NCBI GenBank assembly: GCA_035473115.1
Contig: DATION010000002.1
Span: forward strand, 105,368 to 169,367
Reading direction: 5' to 3'
Length of the DNA stretch: 64,000 nucleotides
DNA from: Candidatus Udaeobacter sp.
GTDB lineage: Bacteria > Patescibacteriota > Patescibacteriia > Magasanikbacterales > GWA2-37-8
This document shows positions 27,333 through 39,075 of this stretch, piece by piece. Made by a program: the position numbers and the translations under genes. The notes beneath the pieces were generated by a model that saw nothing but the letters and a program-made list of their open reading frames with translations, was not told the DNA's origin and ran no database searches. Every line of letters starts with the position of its first letter. Positions within the stretch are counted from its first letter, which is position 1.

Positions 27333-30287
27333 TTAAGCCCTGAACTGGCAAATATCTTTGAAATCACAGTGTTTACAGATCTGCGGGCTGGGCGTGGCGG
27401 CAAAGTTGCCGGAATGAATTTCGGTAATGGTATTTATGATCTTTTCTTTGAGCTTATCTGTTTCTTTGGGCGTACCCAAAAATGACACTTTAACATTTTC
27501 GTTTAAATAAAAATAGGTCAATTTGCCGGGCTGGCCGATATTATTATACTCAGGCAGCTGATTAACGGCAATTTGATAAATGAGCAACTGATCTTTGTCT
27601 TCGCCCTCTACTTTTTCTTTGACTGTACCGGTTTTATAATCAATGATTTCCAAACTGCCATCAGGCATCTGGTCTATACGGTCAATGCGTCCGTGTAGCA
27701 GATAATCGCCGATTTTTATCTTAAACCAGCCTTCCAAAGAAACGGGAATGCTCCAGTTGTCTTTTTCTGTATTATAAAAAGCGCGTAAAATCTCCTTACC
27801 CATTTTGTAATACTCTTCTCTTTGCGTTTTGGAAGTATACCAATCCTCTATCCAGGACTGATCATAAAACGATAATAATTCATCCAAAGTCGGAGCTTTG
27901 GTGCCGTTAGCGCTGGCAATTTGCGGTTTTTCAGGCAAAGAAAAAAGCGACGGCTGACTAATACTGTTTAGTTCTTTTAGGCGCTCATAAAATTTCTGCA
28001 TTGTGCTGTGCATGCTCTGGCCAAAACTAAAACTGGCACTGCCTTTGGTAGGTATTTTTAAAATATGACCAAGTTTGTATTGATACGGACAAGTGCGATA
28101 AGATTTTATCTGCGAAAAAGAAAAAGCTTTCGGCAATTCGTAAATAAATTCAGCTTTATTTTCAGATACCGCTTTGGCGGAAGCGGATACTGCCAGATTT
28201 ATTTTTTGTTTTACAGATTCCTCTGCTTCGGCTTGCCCAGCGGTAAAACCAAGTTCCGGCAAGAATCGGGAAATTTTTTTGCCTCTTACGCCGCCGTAAT
28301 CATCGGCGCTAGTAAGATACAAACGTTCTTTGGCTCTAGTCATGGCCACATAAAACAAACGCCGTTCTTCCTGGATATGGCTATCCCCTTCCGGCAATTG
28401 TTCTTTTATCAAAGCAGCGGGAATTTCAATGGCTTCACCGCGGCGGCGAGACGGAAATCTGTCTTCTACCAGATTTACTACAAAAACATATTTGAATTCT
28501 AAACCTTTTGATTTATGAGCGGTAATAATATTTACCGAATCTGGCGTATCAACTGGTTGATATAACGAACCCAAATCGCCTGATTCCATGACATAATTAA
28601 AATTTTCCAAAAAATTAGCTACCGTTGCTCCCGCAGTTACGCTTTCGTAGTTATTGATATATTCAAAAAATTCTTTGAGCTGATAAATTTGACGAATAAC
28701 TTCCCGATTATGATTTAATTCTTCTTTAGTTAAATATTCTAACAAACCACTTTCTTCTAAAAAATGAAATAATACCAAAGTTGGCTTTTCCTGTTTGGCA
28801 TTCTGCAATCCGGAATGGATTAAACTCAGTAATTTAGTGGCAATAGCTTGGCCATGCTGGGACAGACCAAATTCAGCCGCTCGTTTGAGTGCCTCGTAGT
28901 AAGTAATAGTTTTTTTCTTGGCGTTATAAGTGATTTTCTGCAAGTCATGTTCATCTACCTTCCAAAAAGGCATGCTTAGCAGTCGGTAAATAGAGGTTGA
29001 TTCCAGGTAATTATGCAGTACCTTAAAAAAGTTAATACAGTCCAAAACCAAAGGCTGGCGATACAGACCGGAAGCAGCTAAAAATTCATATGGGATACCG
29101 GCTTTTTCCAAAGCGGAAATAAACGGCTCACTGTGGCCATTAGCCCGTACTAAAATAGCAAAATCATCCCAAACAATGTCTTTGTTAATTTCTTTAATTT
29201 TTATAATTTCTTTAATGACACTGCCAACTTCTTCATCTAAAGTAGCACAATGGATATGCGCCACACTCTGTTTGTTGGTTTTTTTGGTTTGGGCCACCAA
29301 TCTTTTATCAACATTTAATTTTATTTCCAGCCGATCCGGATTATTATTTTGAATGAGTTTGTACGCGTAATCCAAAATATTTTTATCGGAACGATAATTT
29401 TCATTTAAAACAATTTCTTTTGCTTTAGGAAAATCGTCTTTGAAACGCAAAATATTAGAAACTGAAGCTCCGCGAAAAGCGTAAATGCTTTGATCATCAT
29501 CCCCTACTACTGTAAGTTGAGAATTAGCGGATAGCATCTGCACCAATTGATATTGCGCCCAATTTACATCTTGAAATTCATCAATCAAAATATATTTAAA
29601 TCTTTTTTGCAATAATTTTAATATGCCAGGCCTTTCTTTTAAGAGTTTGATGGTATAAAAAATTAGATCGGCAAAATCCATGGCATTATTATCCAACAGT
29701 AGTTGATTATAAATATGATAGGCATTAGCAATTTCAGTTAATCGGCTTTGATCTTCAATTTCTGCACTATCTTTATTAATACTAATTTCTTCGGCATGTT
29801 TCAGGTATTCTTCCGGAGAAATTAATTCATCTTTGCATTTTTGAAAATGAGCAATTAAAGAATGAATGTGGCTGGCAGGATTGCCCAGCGGTCGATAATA
29901 ATCCAGATTAAATTTATCTAAATTTTGCCGAACTAAAAGCCAAGCGTCTACTTCTGTTAGAAGTTTAAATTTATTGCTTAAACCAATATTAAGCCCGTAT
30001 TGTTCCAAAATCTTTTGACAAAAAGAATGAAAAGTAGAAATTTGCAGATCTACATAGCCTAAGTTTATTTCTCCGTCCACTCGATCAGACATTTCTGTAG
30101 CCGCTTTTTCAGTAAAGGTCAGAGCCAAAATTTCTTCCGGCGTTGCTAGTTTTTTAGCCAAAATATAAGCAATTTTTTTGGTAATCACTGTGGTTTTGCC
30201 AGTTCCCGCTCCAGCCACAATAATCAGCGGACCACCGGTATACTCCACCGCTTCTTTTTGGGCTTTATTTAAGTTATATTCAGACAT
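27333..30287 (-). CDS. UvrD/PcrA-type helicase fused to a C-terminal RecB-family PD-(D/E)XK nuclease
   Basis: AGAGTGKT, DEFQD, GDDDQSIY, HKSKGLEF and EERRLFYVAMTRA, then GRIDRID...IIDYKTG with four Cys. Confidence 0.9.
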   Translation of the reverse strand: MSEYNLNKAQKEAVEYTGGPLIIVAGAGTGKTTVITKKIAYILAKKLATPEEILALTFTEKAATEMSDRVDGEINLGYVDLQISTFHSFCQKILEQYGLNIGLSNKFKLLTEVDAWLLVRQNLDKFNLDYYRPLGNPASHIHSLIAHFQKCKDELISPEEYLKHAEEISINKDSAEIEDQSRLTEIANAYHIYNQLLLDNNAMDFADLIFYTIKLLKERPGILKLLQKRFKYILIDEFQDVNWAQYQLVQMLSANSQLTVVGDDDQSIYAFRGASVSNILRFKDDFPKAKEIVLNENYRSDKNILDYAYKLIQNNNPDRLEIKLNVDKRLVAQTKKTNKQSVAHIHCATLDEEVGSVIKEIIKIKEINKDIVWDDFAILVRANGHSEPFISALEKAGIPYEFLAASGLYRQPLVLDCINFFKVLHNYLESTSIYRLLSMPFWKVDEHDLQKITYNAKKKTITYYEALKRAAEFGLSQHGQAIATKLLSLIHSGLQNAKQEKPTLVLFHFLEESGLLEYLTKEELNHNREVIRQIYQLKEFFEYINNYESVTAGATVANFLENFNYVMESGDLGSLYQPVDTPDSVNIITAHKSKGLEFKYVFVVNLVEDRFPSRRRGEAIEIPAALIKEQLPEGDSHIQEERRLFYVAMTRAKERLYLTSADDYGGVRGKKISRFLPELGFTAGQAEAEESVKQKINLAVSASAKAVSENKAEFIYELPKAFSFSQIKSYRTCPYQYKLGHILKIPTKGSASFSFGQSMHSTMQKFYERLKELNSISQPSLFSLPEKPQIASANGTKAPTLDELLSFYDQSWIEDWYTSKTQREEYYKMGKEILRAFYNTEKDNWSIPVSLEGWFKIKIGDYLLHGRIDRIDQMPDGSLEIIDYKTGTVKEKVEGEDKDQLLIYQIAVNQLPEYNNIGQPGKLTYFYLNENVKVSFLGTPKETDKLKEKIINTITEIHSGNFAATPSPQICKHCDFKDICQFRA

Positions 30288-30352
30288 AATTTATCTAAAA
30301 AACAGCCTGTTTTGGCTGCTCCTAGTATAGTATAGACCCTTGGCTTTTTCAA

Positions 30353-32110
30353 CTAATCTATAAAACCGCCAGCTTGGACTTTCCAAAGCTTTTCGTAAAT
30401 ACCCGGATTTTTTAATAATTCGGTATGAGTGCCTTCTTCGGCAATTTTGCCGTCTTTAATGACAATAATACGATCCATCTTCATAATTGTCGATAAACGA
30501 TGAGCTACCACCAAAACAGTTTTACCTTGGATTAAAACATTGAGAGCGTCTTGAATTAATTTTTCCGATTCAGAATCCAAACTGGAAGTAGCTTCGTCCA
30601 AAATTAAAATCGGCGCGTTGTGCAAAATAGCTCGCGCAATCGCCACCCGCTGTCTTTCACCGCCTGATAGTTTTACGCCGCGTTCGCCAACATAGGTATT
30701 ATAATCTTCTGGCAAATCCTTAATAAATTCATGACAATGAGCCAGTTTAGCGGCTTTGATGACTTCTTCCTTGCTGGCCGAAGGTTTGCCGTAGCGAATA
30801 TTTTCTAGCAGTGTTCTGTGGAAAAGAATCGGATCTTGCGGAACCATACTAAGATTTTGCCATAAACTTTCTTGAGTAACTTTAGAAATTTCTTGGTTAT
30901 CAATCAAAATTTTTCCTCCGGAAACATCATGCATGCGCAGTAATAATTTGATTATCGTAGTTTTACCGGCTCCGGAAGGTCCAACCAAAGCAATCTTTTC
31001 TTTGGGAGCGATAGTTAAGTTAAATTTATGCAAAATTCGTCTGGTTTCGTGATAATAAAAATTTACATCTTTAAATTCTACTTTTCCTTCGGACAATTTT
31101 AAATTTTTAGCATTAGCAATATCGGTGATTTCGTGCGGTTCACTCAAGATTTCAGTCATTTCTTCAGCTTCAGCCAAATCTTCGTAGATATGCTGAATAA
31201 CCCGGCCAAAATCCCAGCTTTGGTGAACGACAATGAAAACATATGATTGAATTAAAACAAAATCACCAACGGTTAAAATATTTTCTTTCCAGAGTTGGAT
31301 AGCCAAATAGATACTGCCAATCTCTAAAGCCGTGGTCAGCAAAGATTGAACTGCTTCATAAATATTGGTTAAATTCCAGCTAAACCAACGCAGTCTTTTT
31401 ACTTCTCCAACCGCTTTGGCAAAATTTTTAATTTCGCGTAAATAACCGCCAAATAATTTAACATTGACATTATTGGTAATTGTGTCGGCGAGCAGTCCGG
31501 TGGCTTTGGAGTCGGCTTCGCTACGCTCTAAATCATAACGGCTTTTAAACTTAGTAAAAATTAAATTAATAGCAAAAAATATCAGTAGCCATAGCGCTAC
31601 ACCCAAGCCTAATTTTAAATTTCTTTTAGTTAAAACAAATAAAATTAAACCTATACTTACAGCCAATTGGATAATATTAAAGAAAATCCGATCAGTAATA
31701 TCTTCAAAGGAACGCGTAAAACGATTTACTTTCTTCACCAAAGATCCAACAAAAGTATTGTTAAAAAAAGAAAAGGAATGCTTATGCAAATATTTAAAGC
31801 AAGCATCCGAAAGACCGGCCATGATTGAAGATTGAAAATAAGAAACAAAAAAAGTTGCTAAACGCCAACTGATCCAAGCGATACCCTCTATCAGAACAAT
31901 GATGCTTAAAACATGCAAAATCTGTGGAGCCAAAGCGGCTTTGGTTTCAGATTGAGTTAAGATATCAAAAATTTTCTTAAAATATATAGGCGTAATTGCC
32001 GCTGCCGCAGAAGCGCTGACAATTCCGGCCACAACAATAAAACCAGAAATGCCATGTTTACGCACTTCCTGCCAAAAAATTTTTAACGTTAATTTAGTAT
32101 TAACTTTCAT
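30353..32110 (-). CDS. ABC exporter, fused TMD-NBD half transporter
   Basis: Multi-TM N-terminus; GPSGAGKT, LSGGERQR, LDEATS and AHRLST motifs. Confidence 0.93.
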   Translation of the reverse strand: MKVNTKLTLKIFWQEVRKHGISGFIVVAGIVSASAAAAITPIYFKKIFDILTQSETKAALAPQILHVLSIIVLIEGIAWISWRLATFFVSYFQSSIMAGLSDACFKYLHKHSFSFFNNTFVGSLVKKVNRFTRSFEDITDRIFFNIIQLAVSIGLILFVLTKRNLKLGLGVALWLLIFFAINLIFTKFKSRYDLERSEADSKATGLLADTITNNVNVKLFGGYLREIKNFAKAVGEVKRLRWFSWNLTNIYEAVQSLLTTALEIGSIYLAIQLWKENILTVGDFVLIQSYVFIVVHQSWDFGRVIQHIYEDLAEAEEMTEILSEPHEITDIANAKNLKLSEGKVEFKDVNFYYHETRRILHKFNLTIAPKEKIALVGPSGAGKTTIIKLLLRMHDVSGGKILIDNQEISKVTQESLWQNLSMVPQDPILFHRTLLENIRYGKPSASKEEVIKAAKLAHCHEFIKDLPEDYNTYVGERGVKLSGGERQRVAIARAILHNAPILILDEATSSLDSESEKLIQDALNVLIQGKTVLVVAHRLSTIMKMDRIIVIKDGKIAEEGTHTELLKNPGIYEKLWKVQAGGFID

Positions 32111-32130
32111 TATAAATATTAAACCGAGAT

Positions 32131-32259
32131 TTATTTAGCGCTGCATTCACAACCGCAAGTCTCATCACATTCGCAACAATGCGAACAGATGCTCTCGTTG
32201 CATAAACATTTTTCATCCTCCGCTTCAAACGGAAGACTGCATTTAGAACAACTTTCCAT
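32131..32259 (-). CDS. Unannotated 42-aa Cys-rich, metallothionein-like peptide
   Basis: Hand translation MESCSKCSLPFEAEDEKCLCNESICSHCCECDETCGCECSAK (11 Cys); preceded by a promoter and ending 20 bp before the ABC gene start. Confidence 0.75.
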   Translation of the reverse strand: MESCSKCSLPFEAEDEKCLCNESICSHCCECDETCGCECSAK

Positions 32260-32292
32260 ATATATTTATATTAAAAAAATAATTACAGATAA

Positions 32293-32321
32293 ATTATACC
32301 AAAATCAAAAATCCGAGGCAA
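32293..32321 (-). promoter_or_regulatory. sigma70 promoter for the Cys-rich peptide and ABC exporter
   Basis: TTGCCT-17-TATAAT with a TG extension; overlaps the atp terminator. Confidence 0.65.
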
Positions 32322-32340
32322 CATCTCGGATTTTTGATTT
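32302..32340 (-). terminator. Intrinsic terminator of the atp operon
   Basis: Perfect 16-bp arms AAATCAAAAATCCGAG/CTCGGATTTTTGATTT just after atpC. Confidence 0.8.
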
Positions 32341-32351
32341 GTCAAGAAGTA

Positions 32352-32771
32352 TTAGTTTGGTAAATTTCGATATTTTTTTGCTACTCGTATTTTGTTCACT
32401 TCCCTATCAATTAAAGCTTGCAGCTTGGCATAATCAACATCTTGGGAATTTTTAATATTTTTCATCTGTTCCTCGGCTCTCTGTCTGGCTTCTTCGGCTT
32501 TGGTAATGTCTATATCAGCCACTCTTTCGGCATGATCAGCTAAAATAACAACTTCATTTTGACCACGCACTTCCAAAAACCCACCCGATACCGCCAAATT
32601 ATGTTCACCGGTTTTATCTTTTATTTTTAACTCGCCAGCCTTTAACACAGAAATCAAAGGGATATGATTTGGCAAAATCGTAATTTCACCGCTCATGGTA
32701 GGAACAGAAACTTGAGAAATCTCATTTTCGTAAATAACTTTTTCCGGTGTGACGATTTTAAATTTAAGCAT
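32352..32771 (-). CDS. atpC: ATP synthase epsilon subunit
   Basis: IVTPE, GEITILPNHIP and SGGFLEV motifs. Confidence 0.95.
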   Translation of the reverse strand: MLKFKIVTPEKVIYENEISQVSVPTMSGEITILPNHIPLISVLKAGELKIKDKTGEHNLAVSGGFLEVRGQNEVVILADHAERVADIDITKAEEARQRAEEQMKNIKNSQDVDYAKLQALIDREVNKIRVAKKYRNLPN

Positions 32772-32782
32772 AGATTTTTAGT

Positions 32783-32808
32783 TTGTCATCCCTAGCATGG
32801 AACGACAA
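32783..32808. repeat. Possible internally deleted remnant of palindromic element family A
   Basis: TTGTCATCCC-TAGCAT-GGAACGACAA carries family A-like termini; intergenic between atpD and atpC. Confidence 0.4.
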
Positions 32809-32814
32809 TATAAG

Positions 32815-35077
<2,263 letters not shown>

Positions 35078-35113
35078 ACATCTTTATTATTCCCAATGAC
35101 AATTTAAAATAAA

Positions 35114-36601
35114 TTATTTATTATACTCCGCGCAAGCTGCTTTTAATTCTGTTTCAATCTTTTCATCCCATTCACCAGCGGCGATCTTATCAAGCAAAGC
35201 TCGTTTGGATTTACCCATAAATTCAGTTAGTTTCTTTTCGGCAGCCGAAATATCTTTTACAGCCACATCATCAAAATAGCCATTGTTGATTGCAAAAATA
35301 CCGGCTACTTGATTTTCTACCGCCACCGGCTGATATTGAGGCTGCTTTAATAATTCAGTAATGCGCTGTCCGCGTTCAATCTGTTTTTTGGTTTCCGGAT
35401 CCAAATCACTGGCAAATTGAGCAAAAGCTTCCATTTCTCTAAATTGCGCCATGGCTAATTTTAATTTACCAGCAACTTTTTTCATTGGTTTGATTTGCGC
35501 AGCGCCACCAACACGAGATACGGAAATACCCACATTTAAAGCTGGGCGAATACCGCGATAGAACAAGTCTGTTTCCAAGAAAATCTGACCGTCAGTAATA
35601 GAAATTACGTTGGTTGGAATATAGGCCGTAACATCAGATGCTTGAGTTTCGATGATTGGCAATGCGGTAATAGAACCTCCGCCTGATTCTTTGTTGCGGC
35701 GGCAAGCGCGTTCTAGTAATCTGGAGTGCAAATAAAACACATCACCCGGATAAGCTTCACGGCCCGGTGGACGGCGCAAGAGCAAAGAAATTTCTCGGTA
35801 TGCCCAAGCTTGTTTGGATAAATCATCATATACACACAAAACATCTTTACCCTGATCCATAAAATATTCAGCCATGGCTACACCAGAATAAGGAGCAATA
35901 TATGATAAAGCTGCCGGAGAAGATGCACCTGCCACAACCACAATCGTATAATCCATAGCGCCAGTTTCTTTTAATTTGGCCACAATGCGAGCAATCTTTG
36001 ATTCTTTCTGACCAATAGCCACATAGACACAAATCATATCTTTGCCTTTTTGGTTAATGATCGTGTCAATTGCTACAGCAGTTTTACCAGTCTGGCGATC
36101 ACCAATAATAAGTTCACGCTGACCGCGGCCAATTGGAATCATGGCATCGATTGCTTTAATACCTGTTTGAACCGGTTGAGTTACCGGCTCTCTAGTCATT
36201 ACGCCCGGAGCGATTTTTTCAATTGGATAAAAAGTTGTAGATTTTATTTCTTTACCGCCATCTATAGCTGTACCAAGCGCATTTACCACCCGGCCGATTA
36301 ACTGATCCCCGACCGGTACGGATAAGATTTTATTGGTTCGTTTGACAGTATCCCCTTCTTTAATATGTTCATATTCACCCAAAAGCACACAGCCGACAGT
36401 TTCTTCTTCTAAGTTTAAAGCCAAACCAAACACATCACCGGAAAATTCTAACATTTCGCCAGCTTGGCATTTGCTTAAACCGGAAATACGAGCGATACCA
36501 TCACCTACTTCAATTACTTTGCCGGTTTCTTCTTTTTCTACTTCTTTTTGGAAATGGGCAATATTTTTTTTCAATTCTTCAACGATGTTATTTGTGGACA
36601 T
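35114..36601 (-). CDS. atpA: ATP synthase alpha subunit
   Basis: GDRQTGKT and [21 protein letters not shown]. Confidence 0.98.
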   Translation of the reverse strand: MSTNNIVEELKKNIAHFQKEVEKEETGKVIEVGDGIARISGLSKCQAGEMLEFSGDVFGLALNLEEETVGCVLLGEYEHIKEGDTVKRTNKILSVPVGDQLIGRVVNALGTAIDGGKEIKSTTFYPIEKIAPGVMTREPVTQPVQTGIKAIDAMIPIGRGQRELIIGDRQTGKTAVAIDTIINQKGKDMICVYVAIGQKESKIARIVAKLKETGAMDYTIVVVAGASSPAALSYIAPYSGVAMAEYFMDQGKDVLCVYDDLSKQAWAYREISLLLRRPPGREAYPGDVFYLHSRLLERACRRNKESGGGSITALPIIETQASDVTAYIPTNVISITDGQIFLETDLFYRGIRPALNVGISVSRVGGAAQIKPMKKVAGKLKLAMAQFREMEAFAQFASDLDPETKKQIERGQRITELLKQPQYQPVAVENQVAGIFAINNGYFDDVAVKDISAAEKKLTEFMGKSKRALLDKIAAGEWDEKIETELKAACAEYNK

Positions 36602-36604
36602 ATT

Positions 36605-36994
36605 TTAGGAAATTAACTTTTCTTTTAAATTTTTTAATTGAGTTTTTAAACTGGCGTCGTAAATCATATCATCAACTTTTATTTTTATTCCGCCCATTAA
36701 ATTTTTATTTACTACAGCGGTTATTTCTGATTTTTCACCGAAAGCTTTTTTAATTTTTGCCAGTATACTGTCTTCTAATTCTTTGGCAGTTTCGACAGTT
36801 ATCACTTTTATCCCGTTTTGTTTTTTTGAATAGTTTATAAAATCTTTTATGATATAATCAATTTTTTTTAACTTATTATTTTTTTGTAAAACTAAAACAA
36901 ATTGCTTCATGGCCGCCGGTAAATCTTTTTCCGGCAAACCGCTAGTTATTTCGTATAGAGCTTTCGCAAATTGAAAATTACTATTCTTTGGCAT
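36605..36994 (-). CDS. atpH: ATP synthase delta subunit (short)
   Basis: LMGGIKIKVDDMIYDASLK; operon position. Confidence 0.85.
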   Translation of the reverse strand: MPKNSNFQFAKALYEITSGLPEKDLPAAMKQFVLVLQKNNKLKKIDYIIKDFINYSKKQNGIKVITVETAKELEDSILAKIKKAFGEKSEITAVVNKNLMGGIKIKVDDMIYDASLKTQLKNLKEKLIS

Positions 36995-36995
36995 A

Positions 36996-37547
36996 TTATT
37001 CCAGGCTTTTTACCGCTTCAGTAATTATTTTATTATCTTTTTCAATATCAATTTTTGAAGCTAAAATTTTCTCCGCAGCCGAAATAATCAAGTCTGCAGC
37101 TTGTGCTTTTAATTCTGTTATAGATTCGTCTCTCTCTGTTTTTATATTTTTTCTAGCCTGATCCACCAGCTGTTCTATATCTTTTTTAGCCTTTTCTCTC
37201 ATGGCTTCAGCCATTTGCAAAGATTCCAGGCTAGCTTTTTCTAAAATTTTATTAGCATCAACTTTGGCTTGGTCTATCTTTTCCTGATACTTTCTTTCAC
37301 TCATTCCCAAGTTAGCCTCTATTTTTTTGACATTATCTACGCTGTCACCGATCATTTTTTGTCGTTCAGCCATTTTTTTGGTAAGTGGTTTTAAAATCAA
37401 ATACCACAAAACCAGCATAACAACTACAAAGTTTATTATTTGAAAAGTGAAAAGGGTGCCGTTTATTCCTAGTGAAGACAATAATCCTTCTTGGCTGGTG
37501 GTAGGAACAGTTTCTTCAATAGTATAAGGGATATTTGGAGATGGCAT
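36996..37547 (-). CDS. atpF: ATP synthase b subunit
   Basis: LGINGTLFTFQIINF, a TM helix and a long charged helix. Confidence 0.9.
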   Translation of the reverse strand: MPSPNIPYTIEETVPTTSQEGLLSSLGINGTLFTFQIINFVVVMLVLWYLILKPLTKKMAERQKMIGDSVDNVKKIEANLGMSERKYQEKIDQAKVDANKILEKASLESLQMAEAMREKAKKDIEQLVDQARKNIKTERDESITELKAQAADLIISAAEKILASKIDIEKDNKIITEAVKSLE

Positions 37548-37619
37548 ATAATTTTATTTTTCCCGGATGATATTAAATAATTCAATTCCATTGGGCTTTT
37601 ACAAACCCAATGAGTTGAA

Positions 37620-37841
37620 TTATTTTAAAGTGAAAACAACTACTAAGGCGTAAATAGCGATAGATTCAGCAAAAGCTGCGCCTAACAACATCGGTACAAA
37701 TGATTTGTCTGATGCTTCCGGGTTGCGTCCGATAGCTTCCATGGCAGTTGCCACAATTTTTCCGATAGCTATTGCCGGGCCAAAACCACCGAGAGCCATT
37801 GTTAGGCCTTTTACTAAGACCAAAATTGATTCATGATCCAT
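37620..37841 (-). CDS. atpE: ATP synthase c subunit
   Basis: GRNPE loop and AES..IY carrying the ion-binding Glu. Confidence 0.95.
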   Translation of the reverse strand: MDHESILVLVKGLTMALGGFGPAIAIGKIVATAMEAIGRNPEASDKSFVPMLLGAAFAESIAIYALVVVFTLK

Positions 37842-37905
37842 ATAATTTGAATCTTTCCGATATCCTTGCTCTTTAAATAAGAGCTTAAGGGTATCAATTA
37901 ATTAT

Positions 37906-38700
37906 TTAATGTGAATTAGAATGTTCTTCTCCATGGGGCGCGCTGGACAAAATTGTTAAATAAACCAACGTTAACATGGTAAATACACTTGCCTGTACCA
38001 ACCCAACCAGCAATTCTAAAACCATAAACGGGGTTGGCAAAAAAGCGGCGGCAATACTGGAAATTACCGAAATCAAAACTTCACCCGCAAAAATATTACC
38101 GAATAATCTCAAAGAAAGTGATAAAACTTTGGCAAACTCACTGACAATTTCTATAAGCCCCACTGCCATATTAATAATGGCTGTAAAAATAGCTATCGGG
38201 CCTTTGTTAAGGCTTTTAACAAAGCTGCCCAACTGAATAAATTTATTAATATGAGTAAAGACGCCAACAGTCACCAGCCCGATAATATGAGAAATAACTA
38301 CCACCGAAACAGCCATGGCCAAAGTTAAATTTAAATCAGAGTTAGCCGGACGAAGCAGCGGCGCTTCGCCAAAATGAATACTACCGGTGCCAGGCAATAG
38401 TCCCAGCCAGTTAGAAAGTAGAATAAAAAAGAACACTGAGCCTACCAAAGGTAGAAAGCGCAGTGTTTTTTTTCGGTCAGCCGTAATCTGATCAAAATAA
38501 TTAAGCAGTTTTTCTAAAAAGAATTCCATGAAGTTTTGCATTTTTCCGGGCTTTAAACTTATTTTTTTACCAAGTTTCAAACCCACAACCAGCAAAATAA
38601 CGATAGCCAACCAAACATTAACAATAGTATTTGTTACTGGCAATTTTCCGATGTGAAAAATTGTTTCTGGCGCTAAAGTTGGAATATGTAATTCTGTCAT
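37906..38700 (-). CDS. atpB: ATP synthase a subunit
   Basis: SNWLGLLPG, SLSLRLFGNIFAGE and QASVFTML. Confidence 0.96.
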   Translation of the reverse strand: MTELHIPTLAPETIFHIGKLPVTNTIVNVWLAIVILLVVGLKLGKKISLKPGKMQNFMEFFLEKLLNYFDQITADRKKTLRFLPLVGSVFFFILLSNWLGLLPGTGSIHFGEAPLLRPANSDLNLTLAMAVSVVVISHIIGLVTVGVFTHINKFIQLGSFVKSLNKGPIAIFTAIINMAVGLIEIVSEFAKVLSLSLRLFGNIFAGEVLISVISSIAAAFLPTPFMVLELLVGLVQASVFTMLTLVYLTILSSAPHGEEHSNSH

Positions 38701-38703
38701 AGA

Positions 38704-38982
38704 TTATTCTGTTTGTTTTTTCCCGGCATCATTCATTTTTTTGTACTCTTCTCCATAAATTTTGGCTTTTCTGTAGATAATCTTTGCTGATGACAGAGCT
38801 GCCAAAACGAATCCTAGAATTGTAAAAAGCGGTGATTTGCTATATTTTTCGTCTATATATTGGCCAATCAGCACAAAAACCACAACTGGTATGGCAATGG
38901 AAGCGCCAAAATCTCCCAGCATTTTAAAAGCAAATAACTGATACTGACCGCTGTTGGTTTTATTTGGTTTATTTTCTTCCAT
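38704..38982 (-). CDS. AtpZ/AtpI family protein
   Basis: Small 2-TM protein with IGQYIDE; first gene of the atp operon. Confidence 0.75.
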   Translation of the reverse strand: MEENKPNKTNSGQYQLFAFKMLGDFGASIAIPVVVFVLIGQYIDEKYSKSPLFTILGFVLAALSSAKIIYRKAKIYGEEYKKMNDAGKKQTE

Positions 38983-39013
38983 AACTTATTGGCAATTTTC
39001 TCTTGCCGCCATT

Positions 39014-39042
39014 ACTTTACATAAAAAACCCCCAGAAGTCAA
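39014..39042 (-). promoter_or_regulatory. sigma70 promoter of the atp operon
   Basis: TTGACT-17-TAAAGT on the minus strand. Confidence 0.6.
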
Positions 39043-39075
39043 GGATTTTTCAATTTGAGAATGTGAATAGATTGG

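Noticed and set aside
32189-32455. 88-aa + strand ORF in the track
   Set aside because: It crosses a terminator and the atpC end. The minus-strand Cys-rich ORF has the promoter and a coherent composition.
35095-35102. Isolated AATGACAA ends (also near 63328) as further family A remnants
   Set aside because: Only about 8 bp with no partner arm; expected by chance in AT-rich DNA.
37620-37841. Na+-coupled ATP synthase
   Set aside because: The c subunit has P, ES and Y but carries Ile at both the Gln and Thr positions of the Na+ signature, so the evidence is insufficient.
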